Shown: positions 24,001 to 37,258 of the stretch, piece by piece
How the letters are laid out: each line of letters begins with the position of its first letter
How positions within the stretch are numbered: the stretch's first letter is position 1
DNA from: Eledone cirrhosa
Lineage: Eukaryota
Length of the DNA stretch: 64,000 nt
Assembly (NCBI GenBank): GCA_964016885.1
Contig: OZ024746.1
Coordinates: 81,902,001-81,966,000 of the forward strand
Reading direction: 5' to 3'
Translations under genes and position numbers: made by a program
Notes under the pieces: generated by a model
What the model saw: the letters and a program-made list of their open reading frames with translations, nothing else
Databases searched by the model: none
Told to the model about the DNA's origin: nothing

Positions 24001-26200
24001 GTTTTCTGTGTGCCACCGTCTATTCAGTTTTCTGTGTTTCAGTGTCTGCCCTGTTTTCTGTGTGCCACTGTCTATTCAGTTTTCTGTGTGCCACTATCTA
24101 TTCAGTTTTCTGTGTTTCAGTGTCTGCCCTGTTTTCTGTGTGCCACTGTCTATTCAGTTTTCTGTGTGCCACTATCTATTCAGCTTTCTGTGTTTCAGTG
24201 TCTGCCCAGTTTTCTGTGTGCCACTGTCTATTCAGTTTTCTGTGTGCCACTATCTATTCAGTTTTCTGTGTTTCAGTGTCTATTCAGTTTTCTGTGTGCC
24301 ACTATCTATTCAGTTTTCCGTGTTTCAGTGTCTGCCCTGTTTTCTGTGTGCCACTGTCTATTCAGTTTTCTGTGTGCCACTATCTATTCAGTTTTCTGTG
24401 TGCCACTGTCTATTCAGTTTTCTGTGTGCCACTATCTATTCAGTTTTCTGTGTTTCAGTGTCTGCCCTGTTTTCTGTGTGCCACTATCTATTCAGTTTTC
24501 TGTGTTTCAGTGTCTGCCCTGTTTTCTGTGTGCCACTGTCTATTCAGTTTTCTGTGTGTCACTATCTATTCAGTTTTCTGTGTGCCACTGTCTATTCAGT
24601 TTTCTGTGTGCCACTATCTATTCAGTTTTCTGTGTTTCAGTGTCTGCCCTGTTTTCTGTGTGCCACTATCTATTCAGTTTTCTGTGTTTCAGTGTCTGCC
24701 CAGTTTTCTGTGTGCCACTATCTATTCAGTTTTCTGTGTTTCAGTGTCTGCACAGTTTTCTGTGTGCCACTATCTATTCAGTTTTCTGTGTTTCAGTGTC
24801 TGCCCTGTTTTCTGTGTGCCACTATCTATTCAGTTTTCTGTGTTTCAGTGTCTGCCCTGTTTTCTGTGTGCCACTATCTATTCAGTTTTCTGTGTTTCAG
24901 TGTCTGCCCTGTTTTCTGTGTGCCACTGTCTATTCAGTTTTCTGTGTTTCAGTGTCTGCCCAGTTTTCTGTGTGCCACTGTCTATTCAGTTTTCTGTGTT
25001 TCAGTGTCTGCCCTGTTTTCTGTGTGCCACTATCTATTCAGTTTTCTGTGTTTCAGTGTCTGCCCTGTTTTCTGTGTGCCACTGTCTATTCAGTTTTCTG
25101 TGTTTCAGTGTCTGCCCTGTTTTCTGTGTGCCACTGTCTATTCAGTTTTCTGTGTTTCAGTGTCTGCCCTGTTTTCTGTGTGCCACTGTCTATTCAGTTT
25201 TCTGTGTTTCAGTGTCTGCCCTGTTTTCTGTGTGCCACTGTCTATTCAATTTTCTGTGTTTCAGTGTCTGCCCTGTTTTCTGTGTGCCACTGTCTATTCA
25301 GTTTTCTGTGTTTCAGTGTCTGCCCTGTTTTCTGTGTGCCACTGTCTATTCAGTTTTCTGTGTTTCAGTGTCTGCCCTGTTTTCTGTGTGCCACTGTCTA
25401 TTCAGTTTTCTGTGTTTCAGTGTCTGCCCTGTTTTCTGTGTGCCACTGTCTATTCAGTTTTCTGTGTTTCAGTGTCTGCCCTGTTTTCTGTGTGCCACCG
25501 TCTATTCAGTTTTCTGTGTTTCAGTGTCTGCCCTGTTTTCTGTGTGCCACTGTCTATTCAGTTTTCTGTGTGCCACTATCTATTCAGTTTTCTGTGTTTC
25601 AGTGTCTGCCCTGTTTTCTGTGTGCCACTGTCTATTCAGTTTTCTGTGTGCCACTACCTATTCAGTTTTCTGTGTTTCAGTGTCTATTCAGTTTTCTGTG
25701 TGCCACTATCTATTCAGTTTTCCGTGTTTCAGTGTCTGCCCTGTTTTCTGTGTGCCACTGTCTATTCAGTTTTCTGTGTGCCACTATCTATTCAGTTTTC
25801 TGTGTTTCAGTGTCTGCCCAGTTTTCTGTCTGCTACTGTCTATTCAGTTTTCTGTGTGCCACTGTCTATTCAGTTTTCTGTGTTTCAGTGTCTATTCAGT
25901 TTTCTGTGTTTCAGTGTCTGACCAGTTTTCTGTGTTTCAGTGTCTGACCAGTTTTCTGTGTTTCAGTGTCTGACCAGTCTTCTGTGCTTCAGTGTCTGGC
26001 CAGTTGTCTGTGCTTCAGTGTCTGCCCAGTTTTCTGTGCTTCAGTGTCTGGCCAGTTTTCTGTGTTTCAGTGTCTGACCAGTTTTCTGTGTTTCAGTGTC
26101 TGGCCAGTTTTCTGTGCTTCAGTGTCTGACCAGTTTTCTGTGCTTCAGTGTCTGCCCAGTTTTCTGTCTGCTACTGCCTGTTCAGTTTTATGTGTGTCAG
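1..26200. repeat. 26-bp satellite array (about 1000 monomers; monomer A ttttctgtgtttcagtgtctgccctg, monomer B ttttctgtgtgccactRtctattcag), continuing beyond the left edge
   Basis: Read directly: uninterrupted tandem 26-mers, mostly A-B dimers and A-B-B' trimers, highly homogeneous, degenerating at ~25900-26200. Confidence 0.98.
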
Positions 26201-26679
26201 TGCTCGTATGTTTAGTTTTAATGTCAATGTTTGAGTTTCACAATTATTAAAACAAGTTTCTGTGCAATTCTTGAAATGTGTCAGCTGTTACAATCTCTGT
26301 AGTTAATGCATTTTTCTACTACCCCAAATGGAAGCCATATTGTTGTATAAAATTTACAAAATATTATATTAAAAATGTTTAAAACAAATACTAAATTGGG
26401 TTTTTTTTTCAACTGAAAATAAACGGCACTCAAAGCTAAAGCCTTAGAAATAAAAGAATTTTACATAAAGTGTAAAACAAGAGAATCTGAATCCACAGAG
26501 CTGCCATCTTCAAAACGACAGCAACAATATTAGTAACAATGACGACGACGACAATGATGATGATGATAATTTTGATAAAGATGATGATTTCTTTAATTGC
26601 CACATGAGCAGAAACATGATTTAGGCGGCCAAAGGACAAGGTACAAAACATAGTGCAAACATAAAATAACAACTATCTT

Positions 26680-26815
26680 AGTGCGTGGCCTAGTGGTAAG
26701 TATGTTGGACTTACGATCATAAGGTTGTGGGTTCGATTCTTGGACTGTGTTGTGTGTTGTGTTCTTGAGCAAAACACCCAATTTCACGTTGCCCAGCTGA
26801 AAATGAATACCAGCA
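26680..26815 (+). mobile_element. tRNA-derived SINE (head plus CORE-like central domain)
   Basis: A box TGGCCTAGTGG, B box GGTTCGATTC, followed by TGTGTTCTTGAGCAAAACAC; similar copies at ~44830, ~52330(-) and ~57830(-). Confidence 0.75.
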
Positions 26816-27609
26816 GTATCTGGGAGTTTAACTCTGAGATGGACTGGCGTTGTAGTTAATGGCGTGTACATATTGCACTGTGCAGCCACTGTGAAAAACG
26901 AGTTGCAAATGTACTCATCTGATCAGTGGAAACTATGGTCTGGGAAAATGTGCAACTGCATTCATTACGAATAACACTTGGTAAATACTCTCAGTACAGA
27001 TTCGCACGATTAAAACGTTCCATTCTTGTCTCGTTCAGTGAATAATAACAGGGGGAGTAGTGAATATTTTTCTCTGTATCCCTGTTTTAATTATCTAAAT
27101 TTCTACAAATTTGTTCATTTCTGCGTCCCTCTACGGTCTCTGCCCAAGGTAGCTGCCTGGTTTTCCTTTCATGACAGCGCTGGCTCTGGCTGTGTCATGT
27201 TCATACAATATAGACAGCGATCTACCAAAACTCATTCCGAATTTCGTTTGTAAGATTTCACATTTACTCTACCACTTTCATCATACTATAAACATTACAT
27301 TATCGAGCTCCACTTCCAAGAGTGGTTTAACTTTATTCATTTATACTATATGTAATATTGTGATATTCAAAAACTAGCTAAATTCACGATATGGTAAAAA
27401 AAATCTCCTTGTAATATATATTTATGAGTCTCATCTCTTAATGTATATTATTCAAAAATGTTTTGTATATAAAGTTTCTTTTGAGTATAATATATAGTTT
27501 CTTCAATAGTATATAGAGATGAAGAATAACTGCAAAATCCAATTTACTGATTTTGAATGATATCAATAAATTTAAATATAATGATTTTTTCAAGTACACG
27601 CACATATTT

Positions 27610-27850
27610 ATATGTATGTATGCATGTATGTATGTATGTATGTATGTATGTATGTATGTATGTATGTATGTATGTATGTATGTATGTATGTATGTATGTG
27701 TGTTCGTATGTATGTATGTATGTATGTATGTATGTATGTATGTATGTATGTATGTATGTATGTATGTATGTATGTATGTGTGTTCGTATGTATGTATGCA
27801 TGAATGCATGCATATATATATATGTATGTATTTATGTATGTATCTACGTA
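27610..27850. repeat. (ATGT)n microsatellite
   Basis: Read directly. Confidence 0.95.
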
Positions 27851-28106
27851 TGCATGTATGTGTAAATGTGCGTGTGTGAGAACAGATATTTATTTTACGA
27901 CTTCTCTCATTTTCCTTCTGTTGATTCGCAGAATTGACATCGTTATTATCATTGTTGTTGTTGTTGTTGTTGTTGATGCCGTCTCTTTGATAAATGATTT
28001 TTTTCCTTTCTTCTATTCTTTCTTTAAAAAGCTATCAAATATTTCAATAATTTCATCTCACCGAAGAACTATGAAACGGGTTATAACACGTAAGATATTG
28101 TTCATA

Positions 28107-28199
<93 letters not shown>

Positions 28200-28452
28200 G
28201 GTCGATGGCCCCTATATATTGAGCCGTTAGAAAAATATTCAGTAGTATTTGTTTCCGGCTCTTTATTTTCTTAGTTCAAATTCCGCCGACGTCAATAATA
28301 TGAAATAGCAATCAAGAACTGGAGTCAATCTAATTATCTTTCCATTTCCCGCCAAATTACTGATTTTGTGCCTAAATTAGAAACCATTATATATATATAT
28401 ATATATATACAAAGTGTTAAAACGATCAAATTTTAATTTAGAACATTTATTT

Positions 28453-28497
28453 GCTGACAATTGTTTCTTCCAGAGGGAAGTCTGGAATCATCGGAGC
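28453..28497 (-). ncRNA. Minimal type-I hammerhead ribozyme motif (Penelope pLTR type) with one core substitution
   Basis: Minus strand reads GCU-C[C]GAUGA-UUCCAGA(cuuccc)UCUGGAA-GAA-ACAAUUGU-C-AGC, then AAUAAA. It has a 3-bp stem I, a perfect 7-bp stem II, a palindromic stem III and a GUC triplet; core U4 is C. Confidence 0.75.
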
Positions 28498-28881
28498 CTA
28501 GGGAATGTCGAAACATGTGACTAAAATCCTAGTCATTCAGAACATTTTGGGTGCATAATTATTGTTAGTGTCATAGACATCCTGTGAAGAGTCAGGAGTT
28601 AAAAAAGATGTTATACTTGAGAGAACATAATTACAGGCAGCACTGGTTGAAAGTGTAAGAGGTATAAGCAAAAAGTACAGGCAAAAAATGTATATCCTAT
28701 CTCACACTTTTCCTTGCTTATAACTTTTTTGCCAGTGGTCAGCATAGAGACAATCCATAAGGTGGATGACAGGCAGGTGAAATATAAAAAAGATTGAAAG
28801 AGGAGGAGAACAAGGAGAAGTGTGTTGGCGCATAGAAGTGACTGGAAGAAGGAAATAAAGAAAAGCGATGTACAAGAGAGG

Positions 28882-29232
<351 letters not shown>

Positions 29233-29295
29233 TACACCCGCAAACACAAACACACGTATACACATTTAATAATCTTTTATTAATACACAATAACA

Positions 29296-29515
29296 GGGCG
29301 GTGGATTGACAGTATCGGTAGAGCGTCGGACGCCATGCCTTGCAGCATAGAGTTACGGCTCTTTATGATCTGAGTTCAAATCCCGCCCAGGTTAACTTTG
29401 CCTTTCATCCTCACGGAGTCGATGAAATAAAGTACCAGTTACGCACTGGGGTCGATTTAATCAACTTACCTCTCACTCAAAATTGCTGGCCTTGTGCCTA
29501 TATAAGAAACCATTA
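29296..29515 (+). mobile_element. tRNA-derived SINE, family with GCCTTTCATCC..GGGGTCGATAAAATAAAGTACCAG central domain
   Basis: A box TGACAGTATCGG, B box GAGTTCAAATCC; close copies at 31636(-), 42587 and 51545. Confidence 0.85.
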
Positions 29516-30664
29516 ATAACGAAATAACAAACATAATAAAACAAGTTCACCACACCCAGCTAGCAGAACCTCAAGAATTTATTACCCACAAAGCAGAACC
29601 TCATTCTCCTCTTCTTTCAAACACACTCACAGACAAACAGATAAACAAACACAATCATTTGCACCCTTATCGCCCCACATAACAAATATTATATTCAGAT
29701 ACATACACATCTTGTTATCAGCACATAATTACTAATAATCCACACTGGAACTAAACATATAAATAAAGCAAAGACACTCACAGTCTGAAAAGGGCCCTAC
29801 CTAACTTCGAAGTAATATACTTGTGTGTGTGTGTGTGTTTAAGCTAAGAGTTTGTGGCATATGTTCAAAAACAATTTGGAGATGAGATGCCTTTATTTAT
29901 ATGTGGGTGTGTCATCTGAGCCATAATTTTGGAGAACATTATAAACTGAGTTGTTAGTGTACGTTAGTAACCGAGCGAATTTGAGCTATCCTGATTTGTA
30001 TCAGTTTAAAGATGTTTTGTAGGAATTTTATCTGAAGTGTTTAGGAATTGCATTTTTATTGTTACTGGTGATGTATATCATGGCTTCAAAATAAACAATA
30101 TTTTTGTACAATTATTCTTATGTAAACCCCTAATCGGTAGGAATTTTATGGCTCGGTTACTTTGTATCTTTGAATTTTTGTATCTTCGTAAACAGATTCT
30201 GAAATAATTTTATCAGATATTGATCTCTACGGATCTAACTACATTTAAATGCATTGGGAAGTTTGATGTCTAATTCGAGAATTTATCACAATTATTAACA
30301 TAGATAATAGAATATTTGTATATAATAGATGCATAATAGCCAGTTGAAGCACTTTTACAATATAACATTCACTATTATTATTGTTGTTGAGTCGCTCGAG
30401 ACGTGATTCACATCGGCAGAGTAAGTTCATTGTTTGTTTCCGTGTTTTTAAAAAAGAGATTGTCTGAACATTATATATTATTTTGTGGCTAAACCAACCA
30501 TCGTTTTGTGGAGCTGATTCGTTTCCCCTATCAGAAACCCTTAAGGACTCAATTTCTGTTTCTTTTCACAAACACGCTCCTCATTTTAAAAAATGAATAT
30601 GCCAGACGACACAAATTCTTCCGCTGAAATGAACAGCCGCCTGTCCACAGTATAGAACAGTCAA

Positions 30665-30850
30665 AGTATCATCTTCTTCGCCCACTTATCCCTGAGAGTG
30701 TCATGGGGGCAGAGTCCTCAAACACCGCTTCCAGCGGGTCTCGTCAGAAGCAACCATCTCCAACTGATCCGGCTGAATCCCCAAGCGAGACCAGCCAAGC
30801 TCATGTATGTTATCCAACCATCTTCCTCGGAGTCTGCTCTTGGGTTTCTA
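30665..30850 (-). mobile_element. RTE-clade LINE 3' end fragment
   Basis: Minus strand translates RGRWLDNIHELGWSRLGIQPDQLEMVASDETRWKRCLRTLPP; similar at nucleotide level to 39370-39485. Confidence 0.8.
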
Positions 30851-31226
30851 TGAAGGAATGAAAACATGTTCTCATGAGAATGGAGAAAAAAGAAAAAAGG
30901 AAAATCCGCCGATACAAAATGCTAAGAGATTTGAAAGAAGGGGAGTGGAGAGTATGTCTTCAATTGTCTTCCGTACTTATTGTAATAATTAAAAGAATAT
31001 CAGTCAATATTGAATATTGTCTTTTCCTCATTGTATAATTATTTCTAATTCACTTTTTTGTGTTTTATTCTTTAATATTAAATGTTAACATTTACTTAAC
31101 TATTGTTTTTCGTGTGGATTTCATCAGAGTAATTTATTCTTTAAATGTCTAAAGTATATGATTAATATTCCCATTATCATCATTGGATTAAAAACATTAA
31201 CGCTTTGATAAAAAAAAATATTCATG

Positions 31227-31324
31227 AGTTTGACTAAAACAGTTTGACTGCAACAGTATGACTAAAACAGTATGACTGCAACAGTATGACTAAAACAGTA
31301 TGACTGGAACAGTTTGACTGGAAC
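31227..31324. repeat. 14-bp minisatellite, 7 units (AGTWTGACTNNAAC)
   Basis: Read directly; AA and GC variants alternate, then two GG variants. Confidence 0.9.
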
Positions 31325-31635
31325 TGACGAAGAGGGAAGATGGGAGAAATGTGTAGATACACAGTCAGCTCATTCAGGGTTGCAGAGACCAGTTTTAGAG
31401 ATCTAAATGGAATAGCCCAAATGACTGATGCATGTCGGTGAGGGAGCGCATGTTTGTATAATCAAGTTGACAACTATAAGTAAAACATGGGCGGGAAGGG
31501 CATACCAGAGAAAAGATAAGGAGGAAACGTTTTACGAAAATTCAGGAGTGATGTCTCAATATGGATAATAAGACGAGGTGGTGGAAGTAGTATTCAAGTA
31601 ACCTAATCAGAAGAGAAGATGCCGTTGTAGTAATA

Positions 31636-31820
31636 CTTGTTTCTACTTTAGGCACAAGGCCAGCAATTACCCAGTTCATTACTGGTACTTTATTTTATCG
31701 ACCCCGTAAGGATGAAAGGCAAAGTCAACCTCAACGGGATTTGAACTCAGATCGTAAAGGGACGTAACTATGCTGGAAAGCATGGCGTCCGACCCTCTAC
31801 CGATACTGCCAATCCACCGC
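31636..31820 (-). mobile_element. Full-length tRNA-derived SINE with 14-bp target-site duplication
   Basis: Reverse-complement copy of the 29296 family, flanked by CCGTTGTAGTAATA at 31622-31635 and 31821-31834. Confidence 0.9.
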
Positions 31821-32057
31821 CCGTTGTAGTAATAATATAGGAAATGCAGCAGAGGTAGACAGCTCGTCTGTAAGTTAGGGCTTGGAGTGTGTTGGTGTGT
31901 GCGTTTTTGCCAATCAACTGGATGCCTTTTTATGCTTTTATGTGACCCTATCACCAACATAAAATAAATAACTTTAAACCAAAGCTGCTTCACTATAAAC
32001 ATGTCATACAAAATTAAAGTCAAATGACCCAACCCAAACCAAAACGACAAAAGATAT

Positions 32058-32285
32058 CATGGGCGGTGGAACTGGGCATGCCCCCTCCAATAATTATATT
32101 TTTCCCCAAACTACCAAAACACATATCTATTTGGAATATGCGCTACAATTTATGTACATGTTATGTTTATCGCATATCGAAGTTTTCTGACCATTTTAGA
32201 GTCTAAAGAGAGAAACTAATCACTACAATAAAATGTGCCCCCCCCCCCCCCCCCCCCCAATTCAGAAATGCTTCCACCACTCCTG
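32058..32285. mobile_element. MITE with hAT-like terminal inverted repeats
   Basis: Imperfect TIRs CATGGGCGGTGGAA ... TTCCACCACTCCTG, subterminal GCCCCC motifs, GATAT on both flanks. Confidence 0.55.
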
Positions 32286-32399
32286 GATATATCATACAAA
32301 ATATACTCTAAAAATATCTTTCCATGTTCTTTAGACCCACAATCCAATAATAATAATACTATTAATAAACAAAACCTATCCAAATGACTGATACGGAAT

Positions 32400-32660
32400 G
32401 CAAGCGTAATAGAAGGACGGGGGAAATGAATAATCGCCATCGATGCAAGCGCTCACAGCTCGTGCTCGTGCTCGCAAGCAGCGCCTGCAGGCAGTACTCA
32501 CAGGCAGTACCCAGTGTCAGCTCCCGCGTAGCAGAAAGACATAGAGAACGAACAGTCACTGCCGTTGCAAATGTATACTGCCCGCAGGCAGCGCATGTGT
32601 AGTAGAATGACGGAGAGAAGGAACGGCTGCTGCGGATGCAAGTGTGCACAGACCAGCATT
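32400..32660. promoter_or_regulatory. GC/CpG-rich unique island, possible promoter or 5' UTR
   Basis: Sharp rise in GC and CpG against the AT-rich background; CAGGCAGTAC direct repeat; GCGCATGTG (NRF1-like) word; no convincing ORF. Confidence 0.3.
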
Positions 32661-34439
32661 AACACAATTACTTCGGGTATTTCAAGAAGATAAGAACAGA
32701 ATGAATATTAACATTTCATCTATTAATTGGATGATCAGTGGCATCAGAAATGTACAATAAATCTGTTGAGAATGAAGCTTATCGAAATTTCGGAGTTAAA
32801 ATAACATTGATTACATTTAAGCAAGTACATGACCAAGTTTTCATGTGAGGAATATAGTCCGATTAAATTGGCTATAGTTATATTACTAGCCGTTATATAT
32901 AGCCCTACCCTCCTGTATAGAAATAAAGGGCAATATCGAATCCAGTGAGGTTTATATTCAGAACTATATAAAGACCTCACAAATGTTAACAGCTTTTCTT
33001 TAAGAAAATTTCAAATAGTTATTGTAAACGGCTTCAGTAATCGTAGCTCTTTAAATTGGAACTAGTATAAAGGCTACAATCTGAATGTTAGAAATGATCT
33101 AGTTATATGAGGTGCTTAATTCTGCATTAATTGTAATTTAACGTGACGCTATACGATTAATTGTTCGCAATTATAACTATAATAATAACACTCGCTACAT
33201 GATCCAACGAAAGAGCTTTTAAGTAGTCGTTCGAACTGCTAGAAATAATAACCAAATCTCAGCTCATATCCTACCACTTTGAAATAAAGTAAAGAACACA
33301 TTGAATAGTGTTGCCATAGATATACAAAAAGATGGATAATCACGCATGAAACGCTGAGGTCGATCAAAGCTGATTTAATACTGGTTTAGTAAAATGAAAT
33401 AATGTGTGATTATTTGCTCTCAAATTGGTCAGAAATATTTCCGAAGAACAGAGACATCCTATCCATGTAATGCAACATATCATTTTTATTTTTTGGAAGA
33501 ATCAGAACTGAATACTATTAGCAACATGCTCATTTTCAATATCATTGTTATGTTTTTGACGAATACACCGTTTTTAAGGTGGTAAGGGATGATTTGTTTA
33601 CTTACCTATTACAGGCTTGCTTTTAGTAATACACTCTTTTTGATATGTTCTTTATTCAAAGATTTACACAATCAGGATTCTGGCAATGCTGGAACGCAGC
33701 TGTGAGTTTATATTCTTAATGTATATTTAGTTCATCTGTTAAGTTATACTACTGGCATTTTAATTTATGTTATATAGGGGCGTATGATACATAACCTCAT
33801 GGTCGAGTGTTCACCAGGCAGAAATCAAGAAAGCTTGTCACAGCGATGACAACGGACAATCGTATTTAAAGAGAAGACAGGCGCACATTGAAACGCAGTT
33901 TGCTGTACACTTTCAGTCTTTTTAAGCTATAGATTTTGGGCATATAAATAAATATACACTGGCGTCTACAAAAATTAGTATTTTAGGTAACTCATTGCAC
34001 CACAGGAAGAATCGATTGACCTCAAACTTAATTAACTCTCAAAGGAGTAAAATTGAAATGATACAGGGGAAATTAGAAAATGATAGTACGAAAAATTAAG
34101 GTGAGAAGGATTGCCCTTTGGTAATTTGAATGCTAAGCAACGAACTAACTTATAAGGACACTTATTGATTATGACCAAGATGTTAGTGCTGCAGAGCAAG
34201 CGGTAGAAAGCCATATATTGAGATTGCATCATGGTCCCAATTTCTTTTAGAATGAACAACTTGTATAACTATTTGAAAAGAAAGCTATGGGTATGGCAAG
34301 GATGCTGGATATAAATTTCAATACAGTGGAGTTATAGAAAAAAATCAACCACTGAATTATTTAATTATATCTTTCTAAGATCTGAGTTCAAATTCCACCT
34401 GTATTGACATGGGCTTTCATTATGCCTCTCTTCTTCGCT

Positions 34440-34800
34440 AAACTTTGCCAGTTGCAGACTGCGCATCAACATGAGATATTTTTCTCCATAAAGTTCGGTC
34501 ACCAGCAGCAGAGTTTAAAGTGCAAAGACCAAGTCCAGTCCATAAGTTGACATTATCAAGCCATCGTTTTGGCTGCCGGCCTCTGCTTCTCTTACCAGCC
34601 AACCTTCCTTCCAGGCATCACCTACTCACACCACGAGTTGATCTATATGACCGTATAGTTTGAGGACTCTTAACTTGACAATTGATGTAATGTTGAGTAA
34701 CTCACTGATACAGATACGGTCGCTGAGCTGCTTGCCAGTCACAAGTCTCATGATGTGTTTCTGGAATGTAGAGAGCTTCTGAAGTGACCTTATCGCCCAA
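34440..34800 (-). mobile_element. RTE-clade LINE C-terminal fragment (second family)
   Basis: Minus strand reads LKLYGHI...LEGRLAGKRSRGRQPKRWLDNVNLWTGLGLCTLNSAAGDRTLWRK, a typical RTE C-terminus; frameshifted. Confidence 0.75.
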
Positions 34801-35094
34801 TTAACACCCTATAACATTATGCCGATTTACATTAAATGCAAATTTGAGACTCGTGTCAATGTGAAAAAAAAAAAGAACCTCGTAGTTCTTATATTCATCC
34901 GAAGATCGCACAGAAGCATTGTGGAAAACTGATCTACATTCATTATGTTTATTCACCGGTATTTTGGCTGCTTCATAAAAAGTATTAAATCGTAAATTAA
35001 AAAGCATACAGCCAGATCTTCCCCCACCCTACTCCAAAAACACTCACACACAGAACCATACAGAGATGTATATAATTCATATATGGTATTAATA

Positions 35095-35173
<79 letters not shown>

Positions 35174-35276
35174 TGTGTGTGGGTGTGGGGGGGGGGTGCG
35201 TGTCTGGGTTCAATCAGGGGTAATCACAGTTAGTAAGGTATTCAATACATTAGTAAAGTGTAGATATACAGTTTAC

Positions 35277-35393
35277 AAGTTTAATATAGAAATGGCTTCT
35301 ACAGGACTAAAACTGTTTCATTCAAAAGAAAACATCATTTCTTTTGAATGGAACACTTCTAGTCCTGTAGAAGCCATTTCTATATTAAAACTT
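35277..35393. repeat. Inverted repeat, ~54-bp arms with a 6-nt loop
   Basis: TTTAATATAGAAATGGCTTCTACAGGACTA...TTCAAAAGAAA acatca TTTCTTTTGAA...TAGTCCTGTAGAAGCCATTTCTATATTAAA, with a few mismatches. Confidence 0.9.
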
Positions 35394-35504
35394 AATATAT
35401 ACAGGGTGACCCCCCAAAATGTATGCAAACCTCAACAACATTCTAATAAATATTGCCTGTACAGGTAATCAAAGTGTGTATATGAAAATAGATGCATTAT
35501 GTAT

Positions 35505-35705
<201 letters not shown>

Positions 35706-37183
35706 TGTATATATAATGCATCATGTACATATCTATTTTCTATGGTATATTTGAGATTCTTCAATTTCCGTTCAATATGGTTCTAACTAATTTAGTATAT
35801 TTTGTATTTCCTATTGAGTTCTTTGGTACTTTATGTCTATGGCTAACTATTAAGAAATATTATGCTTCCGACTGTTGCTTCTTAAGCTCCCGTGGCTCCT
35901 ATACGTCTTTTAACAGCCATTACAATCAAATCTGCATATGTGACCAGTACACAAAAGTAAGATATATTCCGATATATATCAGTATGTCTTTTTAACACAC
36001 CAATATATTGACAAATCTTTCCTCAAGTACTGCGTATTAGTCAATCTTTTTGCCATATGTATAATGTAGTCTATTTTTTGTTTGACTTGATAACTTACCT
36101 AGTAACCGAGGAACGAAGCTCTTGAGAGAAATATTCGACCGCAAATAATGTAAACCAAGTTTACAACATCCTCTTCACAAACTAAGTTATATATGTATAT
36201 ATGTATCTATGTATATATGTATTAGAAATATATATATATATACATGCATATGACAATTTCCTTTTCAACCTTGCCACCTGGAAGGTGGCCGGTCAAGCCT
36301 AAATTCAAAATTAAGAGAATTAGAGAACATACATACATCACAGTACTTCTGCATTAAATGTGCGAGCGTGCATAGTATTTAGAGTGAATCCATTACTTAA
36401 TGAAAGACAGAAAATAAATTCATAGATGCACTTTTGTTTTTGTATTCATTGTCTCCCGATTTCTTTTGTTTCATGTAATTTATTCGTTGGTTTCTTGTCT
36501 TATTTTCCTTTCTTCGTTAAAGATTATAACCGCATATTACTGCGATCCACTGGGCTTATTTTCAAATGATTCATGATCACATTATGCATTGAAGTGAAAT
36601 AAGTTACTTTTAAGTCTCTCTCTCATTTTTGTTTTTGGCTAGCAACATGGAATCAAATTAGTCGTAGCTGGCCGTGTTGATTGTTAGTTAGACTACGAGC
36701 AGAAGAGTTGCAGTTCGATTTTTAAAAGAGGACCGTTCGTTACTTATACAGAACAAGAGGCGTAATTCTCGCTAACAGTATGCCGACGTTTAAACAGCTA
36801 TATCTTGAATAGGTACAGTTTATTGCTATAAAAAAATGAAAACACTGCATGACTAGTGAATATTTCGGTAGCTTTCAGGCATGATCCTTAATTAACTGAT
36901 ATAAGACCCTGCTTCAGTACTGAATTTCTGACCAATGTTTCCACTCGCTTTCATCAGTTAGCCATTAATCCTTTCGTTACTATATTTCTAGTGAAGAACT
37001 TAATGCCTTGTCAATATAAGAAATCAATCAATGTATTGATATTTATTTCAAAATGTTTTCCAAGAAAACTTGTAAACAATAAGTGACTGGATAAAAAAAA
37101 AAATGACCTCGACAAATTCTCCTGTAGGAATTGCTTGAATGGTGGAGTTCACTGACACACACACACACGTATATATAAAAAGA

Positions 37184-37215
<32 letters not shown>

Positions 37216-37219
37216 CGCG

Positions 37220-37258
<39 letters not shown>

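Noticed and set aside
13-25973. Giant ORFs (up to 5923 aa) on the + strand
   Set aside because: All three frames are open with the same repeated peptide because the 26-bp, A-poor monomers lack stop codons; the unit length is not a multiple of 3
1-26200. CRISPR-like repeat-spacer array
   Set aside because: No unique spacers and no cas genes; only two recurring monomers in a eukaryotic context
32362-32649. Overlapping short ORFs in the GC-rich island
   Set aside because: No recognisable domain; openness is explained by local GC content
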